Assembly (NCBI GenBank): GCA_036752825.1
Contig: DAIORV010000004.1
Coordinates: forward strand, 2,580 to 66,579
DNA from: Chloroflexota bacterium
Lineage (GTDB): Bacteria > Chloroflexota > UBA5177
Reading direction: 5' to 3'
Length of the DNA stretch: 64,000 bases
Shown here: in pieces, positions 56,636 to 64,000 of the stretch
How the letters are laid out: each line of letters begins with the position of its first letter
Numbering within the stretch: position 1 is the first letter of the stretch
The notes under the pieces: generated by a model
The model's database searches: none
Told to the model about the DNA's origin: nothing
What the model saw: only the letters and a program-made list of their open reading frames with translations
Program-made: the position numbers and the translations under genes

Positions 56636-57223
56636 TTACCCGCTCTCAGACGGCAACGGCGTCGCCGACGGAACGTTCACCGGGGCACCGAACTGTTTGA
56701 GGTACGGGCCCCACGCCACGGCGAAGAGTTTGACGGCACGCCGACGGTCGTTTCCGTGAACATACGAGAAACCGACCAGCATTCGATTTTCTAGGCTGCG
56801 GACGCCAGCGGGGACGAGCTTTTTTCCGAAGACCTCGATGCAGTCGTAGCCGCTCGGCGGGAATTCATAGGTGATTTCGAGGTCGACGGCGTTCGAGCCG
56901 GTAAATGGCTGCTGATACACGGTCGTGCCATCGACGCCCCACGTCGGATATCGGCCTGTGATGGCGACAAGGGCCGGAAGGTTCTTCTCCGTCGTGGACA
57001 CGTACGCCGAAATCGAGTTCACGAAGACGTTATGCGACCCCGCAGGCGCGAGCACGGCGGGAGAGACGCGAACACAATACTGGAGCCCGCGTCCACCTGG
57101 AATGTGGGAAACCCTCGCTGCGCCCAACGACAGGGTAGGTCCCGTCGAGATTGGCGCCTTGGATCCCGAGCAACCCATCACGGCCATACCGAACAACGCT
57201 GCAGTTCCCGGCATGAATTTCAT
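56636..57223 (-). CDS. Hypothetical lipoprotein (lipobox VMGCSG)
   Basis: Signal peptide plus Cys. Beta-rich, with no known family. Confidence 0.5.
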   Translation of the reverse strand: MKFMPGTAALFGMAVMGCSGSKAPISTGPTLSLGAARVSHIPGGRGLQYCVRVSPAVLAPAGSHNVFVNSISAYVSTTEKNLPALVAITGRYPTWGVDGTTVYQQPFTGSNAVDLEITYEFPPSGYDCIEVFGKKLVPAGVRSLENRMLVGFSYVHGNDRRRAVKLFAVAWGPYLKQFGAPVNVPSATPLPSESG

Positions 57224-57236
57224 CAGGGCACGTAGC

Positions 57237-57998
57237 TCAGTCGTTCTCCGACTTGCTCCCTACTGAGCTTCCGGCTCCAAAGCCCGAGTCGTCTGGGAGC
57301 CAGCTGGACGTGATGTTGAGAGCCTCACGCCACGAACGCACGGCATCCGGCTCGAGATCTTTCGTCGATCGGTAGTCGTACGACTTTGCGAGCTCGTCGA
57401 GACGCCGCGCGAGGTCGCGGAGCGCCTTCTCCTCCGCAGCCACGACAATCGTCCAGCCTGGCGACTCCCGGTGGTGCCGAGCCGCCAGGCGGAAGTGTGG
57501 GATGCACAGGCCGCTGGAACGTTCGAACCGCTCTTTGAAGTCGACGTTCACTAACGCTTGGCAGAGGGTGTGGACGGCCAGCTCCTCGAGCTCCTTCTCT
57601 TTGAGGCAGATTACGCAGACGGGCGTATAAACGTCGTTGCGCCGATCGTCAAATAACCGCAGGAGTGGGTTTGAGCTCGTTTCGGCGACGAACTTGCCTT
57701 TCTCGATGCCACGAACCACCTGCTTGATAAGGTCTTCCAGGATGATTGCCGAGCCGAGAGCGTCCGCATGGTTCGATATCGCCTGCGCATGGAAGCGGCA
57801 GAAGCCGCCAGACTTTCGCAGCTCTGCTCGTGTCCCCACGTCGTTGACGCGCTCATAGAAAAGGGATTCGACATAGCGCAGAAGCGCTGCATGCGCGAAA
57901 AGACAGACGGAACAGAGAGGTTGTCCTTGTTGCAGGATTCGCTTCAGCTCATCCGCAGTTCGGCCGAGGCTTGACTTGGCTCCAGGTCGCTCGTTCAT
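57237..57998 (-). CDS. Hypothetical cytoplasmic Cys-rich protein with a duplicated CxxC...C-x-(F/P)-H motif
   Basis: Repeat 1 CSVCLFAH...GGFCRFHAQ and repeat 2 CVICLKEKE...GLCIPHFR. Start at M45 of the listed ORF (RBS AGGGTGGAG). 14 nt upstream of the lipoprotein gene. Confidence 0.55.
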   Translation of the reverse strand: MNERPGAKSSLGRTADELKRILQQGQPLCSVCLFAHAALLRYVESLFYERVNDVGTRAELRKSGGFCRFHAQAISNHADALGSAIILEDLIKQVVRGIEKGKFVAETSSNPLLRLFDDRRNDVYTPVCVICLKEKELEELAVHTLCQALVNVDFKERFERSSGLCIPHFRLAARHHRESPGWTIVVAAEEKALRDLARRLDELAKSYDYRSTKDLEPDAVRSWREALNITSSWLPDDSGFGAGSSVGSKSEND

Positions 57999-58648
57999 GC
58001 TCCACCCTAAACCACTGCTCCGTCCGCCGTTCGCTTCAGACAATAATCTTCCCGGTCGTTGAACCGTTGCGGGAAACCTGACAGACGAGGTGAGGCGCGA
58101 GCAGGCGCGCAGTCGCGAAAACTGAGGCAAGTTGATTGGAATTCCTGGAGGACTTTCTTGGTCAGAGTTCGCCCCATACGCCGCCGCGACGGTGGCCTGC
58201 GAGCATCACCAGTCCGATGACCGTGAGGCCGATCCAGGCGAACGCGAAGAAGCCAAGCACCAGGCCCTGCACCCGGTTAATCACATCATCATTCTCCCCC
58301 CCGTTTCGAGAGAACCCGTGCCCAGTAACTCCGATCAGAACAAGGGCATGTCATGGCTCGTCGGCGAAGCCGGTGCCATGCTGATATCCAGTCCCAGACC
58401 GGGCCGTTGCAGTCACGGTTCGGGGCTGGATGTGGAGACAATAGACGGTCCCGCATCACTCCTTGATCCTGACCATGACCTTTGGTGTCGTGCTGTTTAC
58501 GATCCTCATTCAAGGGATCTCGGTCGAGCCCTTGGATGAGGATCGGCGTCTTGCGGTCGACGGTGGCGACGCCCGCGCCGGTCCCCACAAACGGGAGCAG
58601 CGCCTAACGGCGAATCGCACCCGTAAAAACAACCAGTGAGGGTGGCAT

Positions 58649-59752
58649 CTAACCCCACCAGAAAGAAGCGGCGATCATGATGTAAAGCCCGATGAGCGCG
58701 GCCCCCTCCAGCCAAGTCGATTCCCCGTCGAAGACGATGAAAGCGCTGATCACGGCCGCCAGGCCGAGTGCCGCTACCAGCAGCGGTGGGAGCACGAGAG
58801 TGAAGTGCACCCCACCTATGAAAAAGCTGAGCAGAACAAGCACAGGTGTTAGCCCGAGCGCCACCTGCAGTGAGCTGTTGAGGATCACGCTGATCGCGTA
58901 GTCCGGCTTGTTGCGGGCGGCGAATCGGACTCCAACAAAGTTCTCCACTGCATTGCCTGCGATAGCCACGATCACCAGCCCCGTGAAGGCTTGCGACAGG
59001 TGCAGCACAGAGATAGCCGGCTTGAGTGCTCCGACGAACCAGTCAGAGACGAAAACCGATCCGAAACCCGCCGTGGCAAGCACGGATACGGCCAGCCAAA
59101 GTGGCCAGGCAGCGGCGCGTAGCTCCTCGTTCTCCGCGGGAATGGCTGGGGGCCCTCCACTGAGAGACGAGGGAATGCTGAGCGCGAAGATGACCAGCAA
59201 CACGACTGCGCAAGCCACGCTGAGCGCATCCGTATGGGCCCCGGCAGGCGTGTGCAGCCCATGGGCCAGGGTCGGCACGGCGAGCGCTGCAACCGCCAAA
59301 AGAGTCAGCGTGGCAATGGTCCGCGGTGCTTCGGGGGAAAAGCGCTGGGTGCCATGGCGATGTCCGCCAACGAGAAACGCGAGCCCAAGAACGAGGAGAC
59401 TATTTCCCAGGACAGACCCGACGATGGTGGCCTGGACAACGGTGATCAGCCCGGCGCGGAGCGCAAAGATACCGACAAACAGTTCGGGCAGATTTCCCAG
59501 GGCCGACTGCAGTACTCCGGTGGTGCCGGGCCCCACCCGCTGCCCCAGTTGCTCCGTCGCCTGCCCGACTATCGCTGCCCATGCGGCAAGCGCCAATCCT
59601 GAAGCCAGAAACGCCGGCACAGCACCGGCATGAGTAACCGTCAGGCTCGCGGATAGGGCGGTGAGCAAGGCAGCTGCAAGAAGCCCAAGACGTTGGCCGT
59701 TGCCTAGGGAGGAGAGCGGGCTCCTGTCACCCTCAGGGTGGACTGTCGTCAT
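58649..59752 (-). CDS. Ca2+/H+ antiporter (CaCA/ChaA family)
   Basis: Alpha-repeats GNLPELFVGIFAL and GNAVENFVGV; 11 TM helices. Confidence 0.8.
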   Translation of the reverse strand: MTTVHPEGDRSPLSSLGNGQRLGLLAAALLTALSASLTVTHAGAVPAFLASGLALAAWAAIVGQATEQLGQRVGPGTTGVLQSALGNLPELFVGIFALRAGLITVVQATIVGSVLGNSLLVLGLAFLVGGHRHGTQRFSPEAPRTIATLTLLAVAALAVPTLAHGLHTPAGAHTDALSVACAVVLLVIFALSIPSSLSGGPPAIPAENEELRAAAWPLWLAVSVLATAGFGSVFVSDWFVGALKPAISVLHLSQAFTGLVIVAIAGNAVENFVGVRFAARNKPDYAISVILNSSLQVALGLTPVLVLLSFFIGGVHFTLVLPPLLVAALGLAAVISAFIVFDGESTWLEGAALIGLYIMIAASFWWG

Positions 59753-60914
59753 TCTTGCTGATTCGACCCCCTTCTGTGTTAGCGACGACGTGGACATCGA
59801 TTCCCGGCATCTTCCGAAGGATGTGACTCGTTAGCGAACCGTGCAGAAATTCTTCCAATCGACTGTGGGTCGGGTGACCGATTACGAGTTGAGATACATG
59901 GTTTTCGCCGGCGTAGGCGATCAACTCCTCGGACACCTTGCCTCGCAGACGCACTACCCTCGCCCCCATCTCGTCAGCGAGTTGGAGGTTTGCGCGAAGC
60001 TGACGCTCCTCTTCGACACTCTGGGCCCGACGCCGTCCCTCTTGAGGGTCGACGTGGACGACCAAAAGCTCTCCCTTGAGTGCCGCGGCGATGCGCCAGC
60101 CGCGTCGAATGAGCGTTTTTCCGATGGGCCGATGGTCCACACCCACCATGACGCGTTCCCCGACTGACGCAGATCTCCCGACCCTCCCGCCAACCATGAA
60201 GGCATCGAGCTTCTGTTCCACTTCCCTAGCGGTTGCTCGCAACGCCAAATCCCTCAGTGCCGTCAAGTTGCTCACCGTAAAGAAGTTTTCCAGAGCTCGT
60301 TGGCTCTGTTCGGGTGGGTAGATATTTCCATGCTTCATGCGCTGGATCAGAGCCTCCGGCGCCATGTCGATCAGCTCGACCTGCTCTGCTTCGTCAACTA
60401 CCCAGTCCGGAATCGTCTCATGAACCTCGACCCCCGTCATCTGTTCGATGTAGTCGTTGAGACTCTCGAGATGTTGAATATTGAGAGTCGAGATGACGGT
60501 GATGCCCCCGTCCAGCAATTCTTGAACATCTTGATAGCGCTTTTCGTGTTTGGAGCCCGGCGCATTGCTGTGTGCAAGCTCGTCGACGAGAGCCACCTGG
60601 GGATGGCGAGCGAGCACTGCTTCTGTGTCCATTTCGCGCAGCACCACACCTTTGTAAAGGACTTCACGCGGTGGAATGACCTCGAGGTTTGCGATCAGTT
60701 CGGCAGTGCGGGCACGGTCGTGAGTCTCAACGAAGCCAACGACGACGTCGGTTCCGCGAGACTTCCTCCGATGAGCCTCCTGTAGCATGGCGAAGGTCTT
60801 GCCCACGCCGGGAGCCGCGCCGAGCCAGAGGCGGAGCCCTCCCCGTTTCGGCTCCTGCGCGTGGATTAGCGCGAGCAGTGCGTCCGGATCTGGACGCTGG
60901 TACTCTTCAGGCAT
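59733..60914 (-). CDS. Stand-alone KdpD N-terminal sensor domain + universal-stress-protein domain (no histidine kinase module)
   Basis: MPEEYQRPDPDALL...GAAPGVGKTFAML (KdpD N-domain Walker-like), Usp domain. The protein ends without TM, HisKA or HATPase domains. Confidence 0.8.
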   Translation of the reverse strand: MPEEYQRPDPDALLALIHAQEPKRGGLRLWLGAAPGVGKTFAMLQEAHRRKSRGTDVVVGFVETHDRARTAELIANLEVIPPREVLYKGVVLREMDTEAVLARHPQVALVDELAHSNAPGSKHEKRYQDVQELLDGGITVISTLNIQHLESLNDYIEQMTGVEVHETIPDWVVDEAEQVELIDMAPEALIQRMKHGNIYPPEQSQRALENFFTVSNLTALRDLALRATAREVEQKLDAFMVGGRVGRSASVGERVMVGVDHRPIGKTLIRRGWRIAAALKGELLVVHVDPQEGRRRAQSVEEERQLRANLQLADEMGARVVRLRGKVSEELIAYAGENHVSQLVIGHPTHSRLEEFLHGSLTSHILRKMPGIDVHVVANTEGGRISKNDDSPP

Positions 60915-61070
60915 CTTGACGCAGTGCTCTGTCGGCCGTGCGGACCTCGGTTACCGGCTGGCCTGCATCGACCGCACGGCACGTGGGCGACATTCGAGTC
61001 TGCGCTCGAGAGCTCTTCCGGTCGCACCCGCACGCAGCCCGAGCATGACTAGCCATGATCCATTGCATGG

Positions 61071-61700
61071 CTATCTGCGACTAGCGTCCAGGGCCAAGTT
61101 CACCTGTAGAACGTTCACACGTGGCTCGCCAAGCACGCCGAGCGTGCGACCGGAGGTGTACTTCTTCACCAGCGCCAGGACCTTGGCCTGGCTGATGCCT
61201 CGAGCGCCGGCCACACGCGGCACCTGCAAATCGGCGTAGGCCGGGCTGATGTTCGGATCGAGACCGCTGGCTGAAGTCGATACCGCATCCGCCGGCAGCG
61301 GATAATTGGCGGGCAAGTGGTCCTCCTTGCGGATGAGGTTTGCTTGAGTAATGGTGTTCTTCATTAGGGTCTTGTTGGTTGGACCGAGGTTCGTGCCGCC
61401 GGAGGAGCTAGCGTCGTAGCCTTTGCCCGCGGCTGAGAGCCTGGGATGGAAGTACTTGGGCTTTGTGAAGTTCTGCCCGATCAGGCTGGACCCGACGACC
61501 TGGCCCTGCGCGTTCTTGACGAGCGAGCCGTTGGACTGATCGTGGAAGAAGACCTGGGCTAGACCCGTCATGGCAAGAGGATAGATGATGCCGGTTCCCA
61601 CCATCAGGACTACCGTCATAAGGACCGACGTGACGAGGAGTCCTCGTATGGACGTGCGGCTGGTTGCTGGTGCGGGTTGTGGCTCTGCCTGAGCGCTCAT
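61071..61700 (-). CDS. kdpC: Potassium-transporting ATPase subunit C
   Basis: N-terminal TM helix, GQNFTKPKYFHPR, GLDPNISPA. Confidence 0.9.
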   Translation of the reverse strand: MSAQAEPQPAPATSRTSIRGLLVTSVLMTVVLMVGTGIIYPLAMTGLAQVFFHDQSNGSLVKNAQGQVVGSSLIGQNFTKPKYFHPRLSAAGKGYDASSSGGTNLGPTNKTLMKNTITQANLIRKEDHLPANYPLPADAVSTSASGLDPNISPAYADLQVPRVAGARGISQAKVLALVKKYTSGRTLGVLGEPRVNVLQVNLALDASRR

Positions 61701-61709
61701 AAAGAATCC

Positions 61710-63827
61710 TTAAGCAGTGAGATGAGAGATGGTGAGGACGATGTCGATGATCTTGATGCCGGCGAAGGGTACGATGATGCCGCCTAGACCGTAGATCAGT
61801 AGGTTGCGACGGAGAACGGCGGCTGCGCCCACCGGCCGATACTGAACACCACGTAGCGCCAAGGGAATCAGGCCGATGATGATCAGGGCGTTGAAGATCA
61901 CGGCGGCGAGGACCGCCGAGTGTGGAGTCGAGAGCTTCATGACGTTGAGTGCGCCAAGCTCCGGGAACTGAATGCTGAACATGGCCGGCAGGATGGCGAA
62001 GTACTTCGCCACGTCGTTGGAGATGCTGAAGGTGGTCAGCGCCCCGCGCGTGATCAAGAGCTGCTTACCGATCGCAACCACCTCGATCAGCTTGGTCGGG
62101 TTGTTGTCGAGGTCGATCATGTTGCCGGCTTCTTTGGCGGCCTGAGTCCCCGAGTTCATCGCCATGCCCACGTCGGCCTGCGCCAGGGCCGGAGCGTCGT
62201 TGGTGCCATCACCGGTCATGGCGACCAGCTTCCCTTCCGCTTGTTCCGACCGGATCAGGCCGATCTTGTCCTCAGGTTTGCTCTCGGCCACAAAGTCGTC
62301 AACACCGGCCTCGTGCGCGATGGTGGCCGCAGTGAGGCGATTGTCGCCGGTGACCATGACGGTGCGGATGCCCATGCGGCGCAGTTGTTCGAAGCGCTCG
62401 CTCATGCCAGGTTTGATCGTGTCCTTGAGGTAGATGACGCCAATCGCCTCGCCGTTATGGGCTACGGCGAGCGGCGTACCGCCTTCACGCGCAATGCGAT
62501 CGGCTACCTCGGTCAGCTCCTCAGGCGCGTTGGAGATGATGCGGCGAATGGAGTCTACCGCACCTTTCATGATCTGGTCGCCATTGGCCTTGATGCCGCT
62601 CATGCGTGTTTCGGCCGTGAAAGGAACGAGCTCCGCGCCGGCCAATGCTGCGCCGCTGACTCGAAGGCCGCTCTTTTCGGCGAGCGCCACGATGCTCTTG
62701 CCCTCGGGCGTGTCATCCGCCAGGCTCGAGCGAAGCGCCGCTTCGGTCAGCTCGACTACGGTATGGCCACCCACCGGCACGAACTGAAAAGCCAGCCGAT
62801 TTCCGAAAGTGATGGTGCCGGTTTTATCGAGCAGGAGAGTGTCGACATCACCTGCCGCTTCCACCGCCCGACCGCTCATGGCAAGCACGTTGAACTGCAC
62901 CAGTCGGTCCATGCCGGCGATGCCGATGGCCGAGAGCAAGCCGCCGATGGTCGTTGGGATCAAACAGACGTACAGCGCAACCAGCGTCGTAATGGCAACC
63001 GCGGCGCCGGAATAGATGGCGAAGGGCTGCAGCGTGAATACCGCCAGCAGAAAGATGACGGTGAGCGCCGCCAGCAAGATGTTGAGTGCGATCTCATTGG
63101 GCGTCTTCTGCCTGGCAGCCCCCTCGACCAGGGCGATCATCCGGTCGATGAAGGTTTCGCCCGGGTTGGCCGTGATGCGGATCTTCAACCAATCGCTGAC
63201 GATGGTCGTGCCGCCGGTAACAGATGAGCGGATGTCGGTTCCGGGCTCCTTGATGACCGGTGCGCTCTCACCGGTGATGGCGGCCTCGTTGACCGAGGCG
63301 ACGCCTTCGATCACGTCACCATCACCAGGAATCAGGTCACCCGCCTCGACCAGCACTAGGTCGCCGCGACGCAGCTCAGTCGCCGAGACGATGTGCGTCT
63401 CCCCGTTCGGCAGAAGTTTTTTGGCCGAGGCCTCTGTACGGGTACGACGCAGCGTGTCGGCCTGCGCCTTGCCACGTCCCTCAGCCATGGCTTCCGCGAA
63501 GTTAGCGAAGAGTACCGTGAACCACAGCCACACCGAAACCGCGCCCGCGAAGAAGCGGTCGCCTCCCAAGCCCGTGCCGGGGATGAATGATCGAACGAAC
63601 TCGATGGTCGTGATGATGACGCCGATGCCCACGGTGAACATGACCGGGTTCTTGAGCTGCACCCGTGGGCTGAGCTTTCGGACGCTGTCGATGGTGGCCT
63701 GGCGCAGAATGGCGCGGTCAAAGATAGATAGCTCAAGGCTCTGGCGCCGCTCTTCGCCGTGATGTTCCTGCGGATGCAGCGCCGGGTCTTGCTCCTGAAC
63801 CTGCTCTGCTGAAGTTACGGGCATCAA
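61710..63827 (-). CDS. kdpB: Potassium-transporting P-type ATPase subunit B
   Basis: DKTGTIT phosphorylation site, [14 protein letters not shown]. Confidence 0.95.
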   Translation of the reverse strand: MMPVTSAEQVQEQDPALHPQEHHGEERRQSLELSIFDRAILRQATIDSVRKLSPRVQLKNPVMFTVGIGVIITTIEFVRSFIPGTGLGGDRFFAGAVSVWLWFTVLFANFAEAMAEGRGKAQADTLRRTRTEASAKKLLPNGETHIVSATELRRGDLVLVEAGDLIPGDGDVIEGVASVNEAAITGESAPVIKEPGTDIRSSVTGGTTIVSDWLKIRITANPGETFIDRMIALVEGAARQKTPNEIALNILLAALTVIFLLAVFTLQPFAIYSGAAVAITTLVALYVCLIPTTIGGLLSAIGIAGMDRLVQFNVLAMSGRAVEAAGDVDTLLLDKTGTITFGNRLAFQFVPVGGHTVVELTEAALRSSLADDTPEGKSIVALAEKSGLRVSGAALAGAELVPFTAETRMSGIKANGDQIMKGAVDSIRRIISNAPEELTEVADRIAREGGTPLAVAHNGEAIGVIYLKDTIKPGMSERFEQLRRMGIRTVMVTGDNRLTAATIAHEAGVDDFVAESKPEDKIGLIRSEQAEGKLVAMTGDGTNDAPALAQADVGMAMNSGTQAAKEAGNMIDLDNNPTKLIEVVAIGKQLLITRGALTTFSISNDVAKYFAILPAMFSIQFPELGALNVMKLSTPHSAVLAAVIFNALIIIGLIPLALRGVQYRPVGAAAVLRRNLLIYGLGGIIVPFAGIKIIDIVLTISHLTA

Positions 63828-63837
63828 TGACTCTCCT

Positions 63838-64000
63838 TAGAAGGTCTTGCCGGCGTTCAGCAAGAGCTGCTCGATGATGGGGCCGAGCGAGTAAGCGGGG
63901 AAGTACGTCAGTACGGCCACGATGACGATCACGGCGATCAGCAGGATGCTGAAGGTCGGGCCGTCGGTTGGAAACGTGCCCAGGCTCACCGGCACCGTCT
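63838..64000 (-). CDS. kdpA: Potassium-transporting ATPase subunit A, C-terminal end (partial)
   Basis: The reverse complement reads ...[38 protein letters not shown]. Confidence 0.8.

Overview
This is a 64 kb high-GC bacterial chromosomal segment (about 65-70% GC, GC3-rich coding, Actinobacteria- or Chloroflexi-like). It is densely packed with core housekeeping genes. I found no transposases, integrases, CRISPR arrays or rRNA genes.

Gene order and content, left to right:
- ABC-F ATPase and fpg (mutM) on the minus strand.
- A DEAD-box RNA helicase.
- An orphan OmpR-type response regulator.
- Two SAM methyltransferases.
- A RidA-family gene.
- rplU-rpmA.
- Five tRNAs: Ala-CGC, Ala-GGC, Gly-CCC, Val-GAC, Thr-CGU.
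- leuS.
- Two PadR-headed operons.
- lepB.
- A PrsA-like PPIase.
- rpsF-ssb-rpsR.
- mutL-folP, and folE.
- trxB-aspS(archaeal-type)-mtaB.
- fabF-accB.
- A form I aerobic CO dehydrogenase cluster (coxMSL, AYRCSFR motif) lying back-to-back with a form II-like cluster (coxSLM, AYRGAGR motif). Accessory genes coxG, coxD, coxE, three XdhC paralogues and a MocA-like gene are interleaved.
- ybeY with a 7TM-HD protein and a YqeY-domain gene.
- An F420/LLM-type oxidoreductase.
- An SRP (4.5S) RNA that was not in the ORF track.
- An orphan MsiK-like sugar-ABC ATPase.
- An M24 peptidase, DppA, ruvC, and an M50B-like protease.
- A DUF318-permease / TIGR03943 / secreted-protein operon.
- A Ca2+/H+ antiporter.
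- kdpA(partial)-kdpB-kdpC followed by a stand-alone KdpD N-terminal sensor protein.

Observations most worth a second look:
1. A T-box-like antiterminator/terminator sits between tRNA-Ala and leuS, with a leader too short for a canonical T-box.
2. A cytoplasmic protein with an internally duplicated CxxC...C-x-(F/P)-H motif is co-transcribed with a lipoprotein.
3. A shared operator-like motif lies in the promoters of two different PadR operons.
4. An orphan tRNA 3' fragment abuts a Cys/His-rich hypothetical gene.
5. Strong terminator-like hairpins lie immediately 5' of the RBS of the DEAD-box helicase and fabF genes.
6. Perfect palindromes lie in the divergent cox control region.

Coordinates of small non-coding features were derived by manual indexing and may be off by 1-2 nt. 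CDS coordinates follow the supplied ORF track, with starts re-chosen by codon counting.
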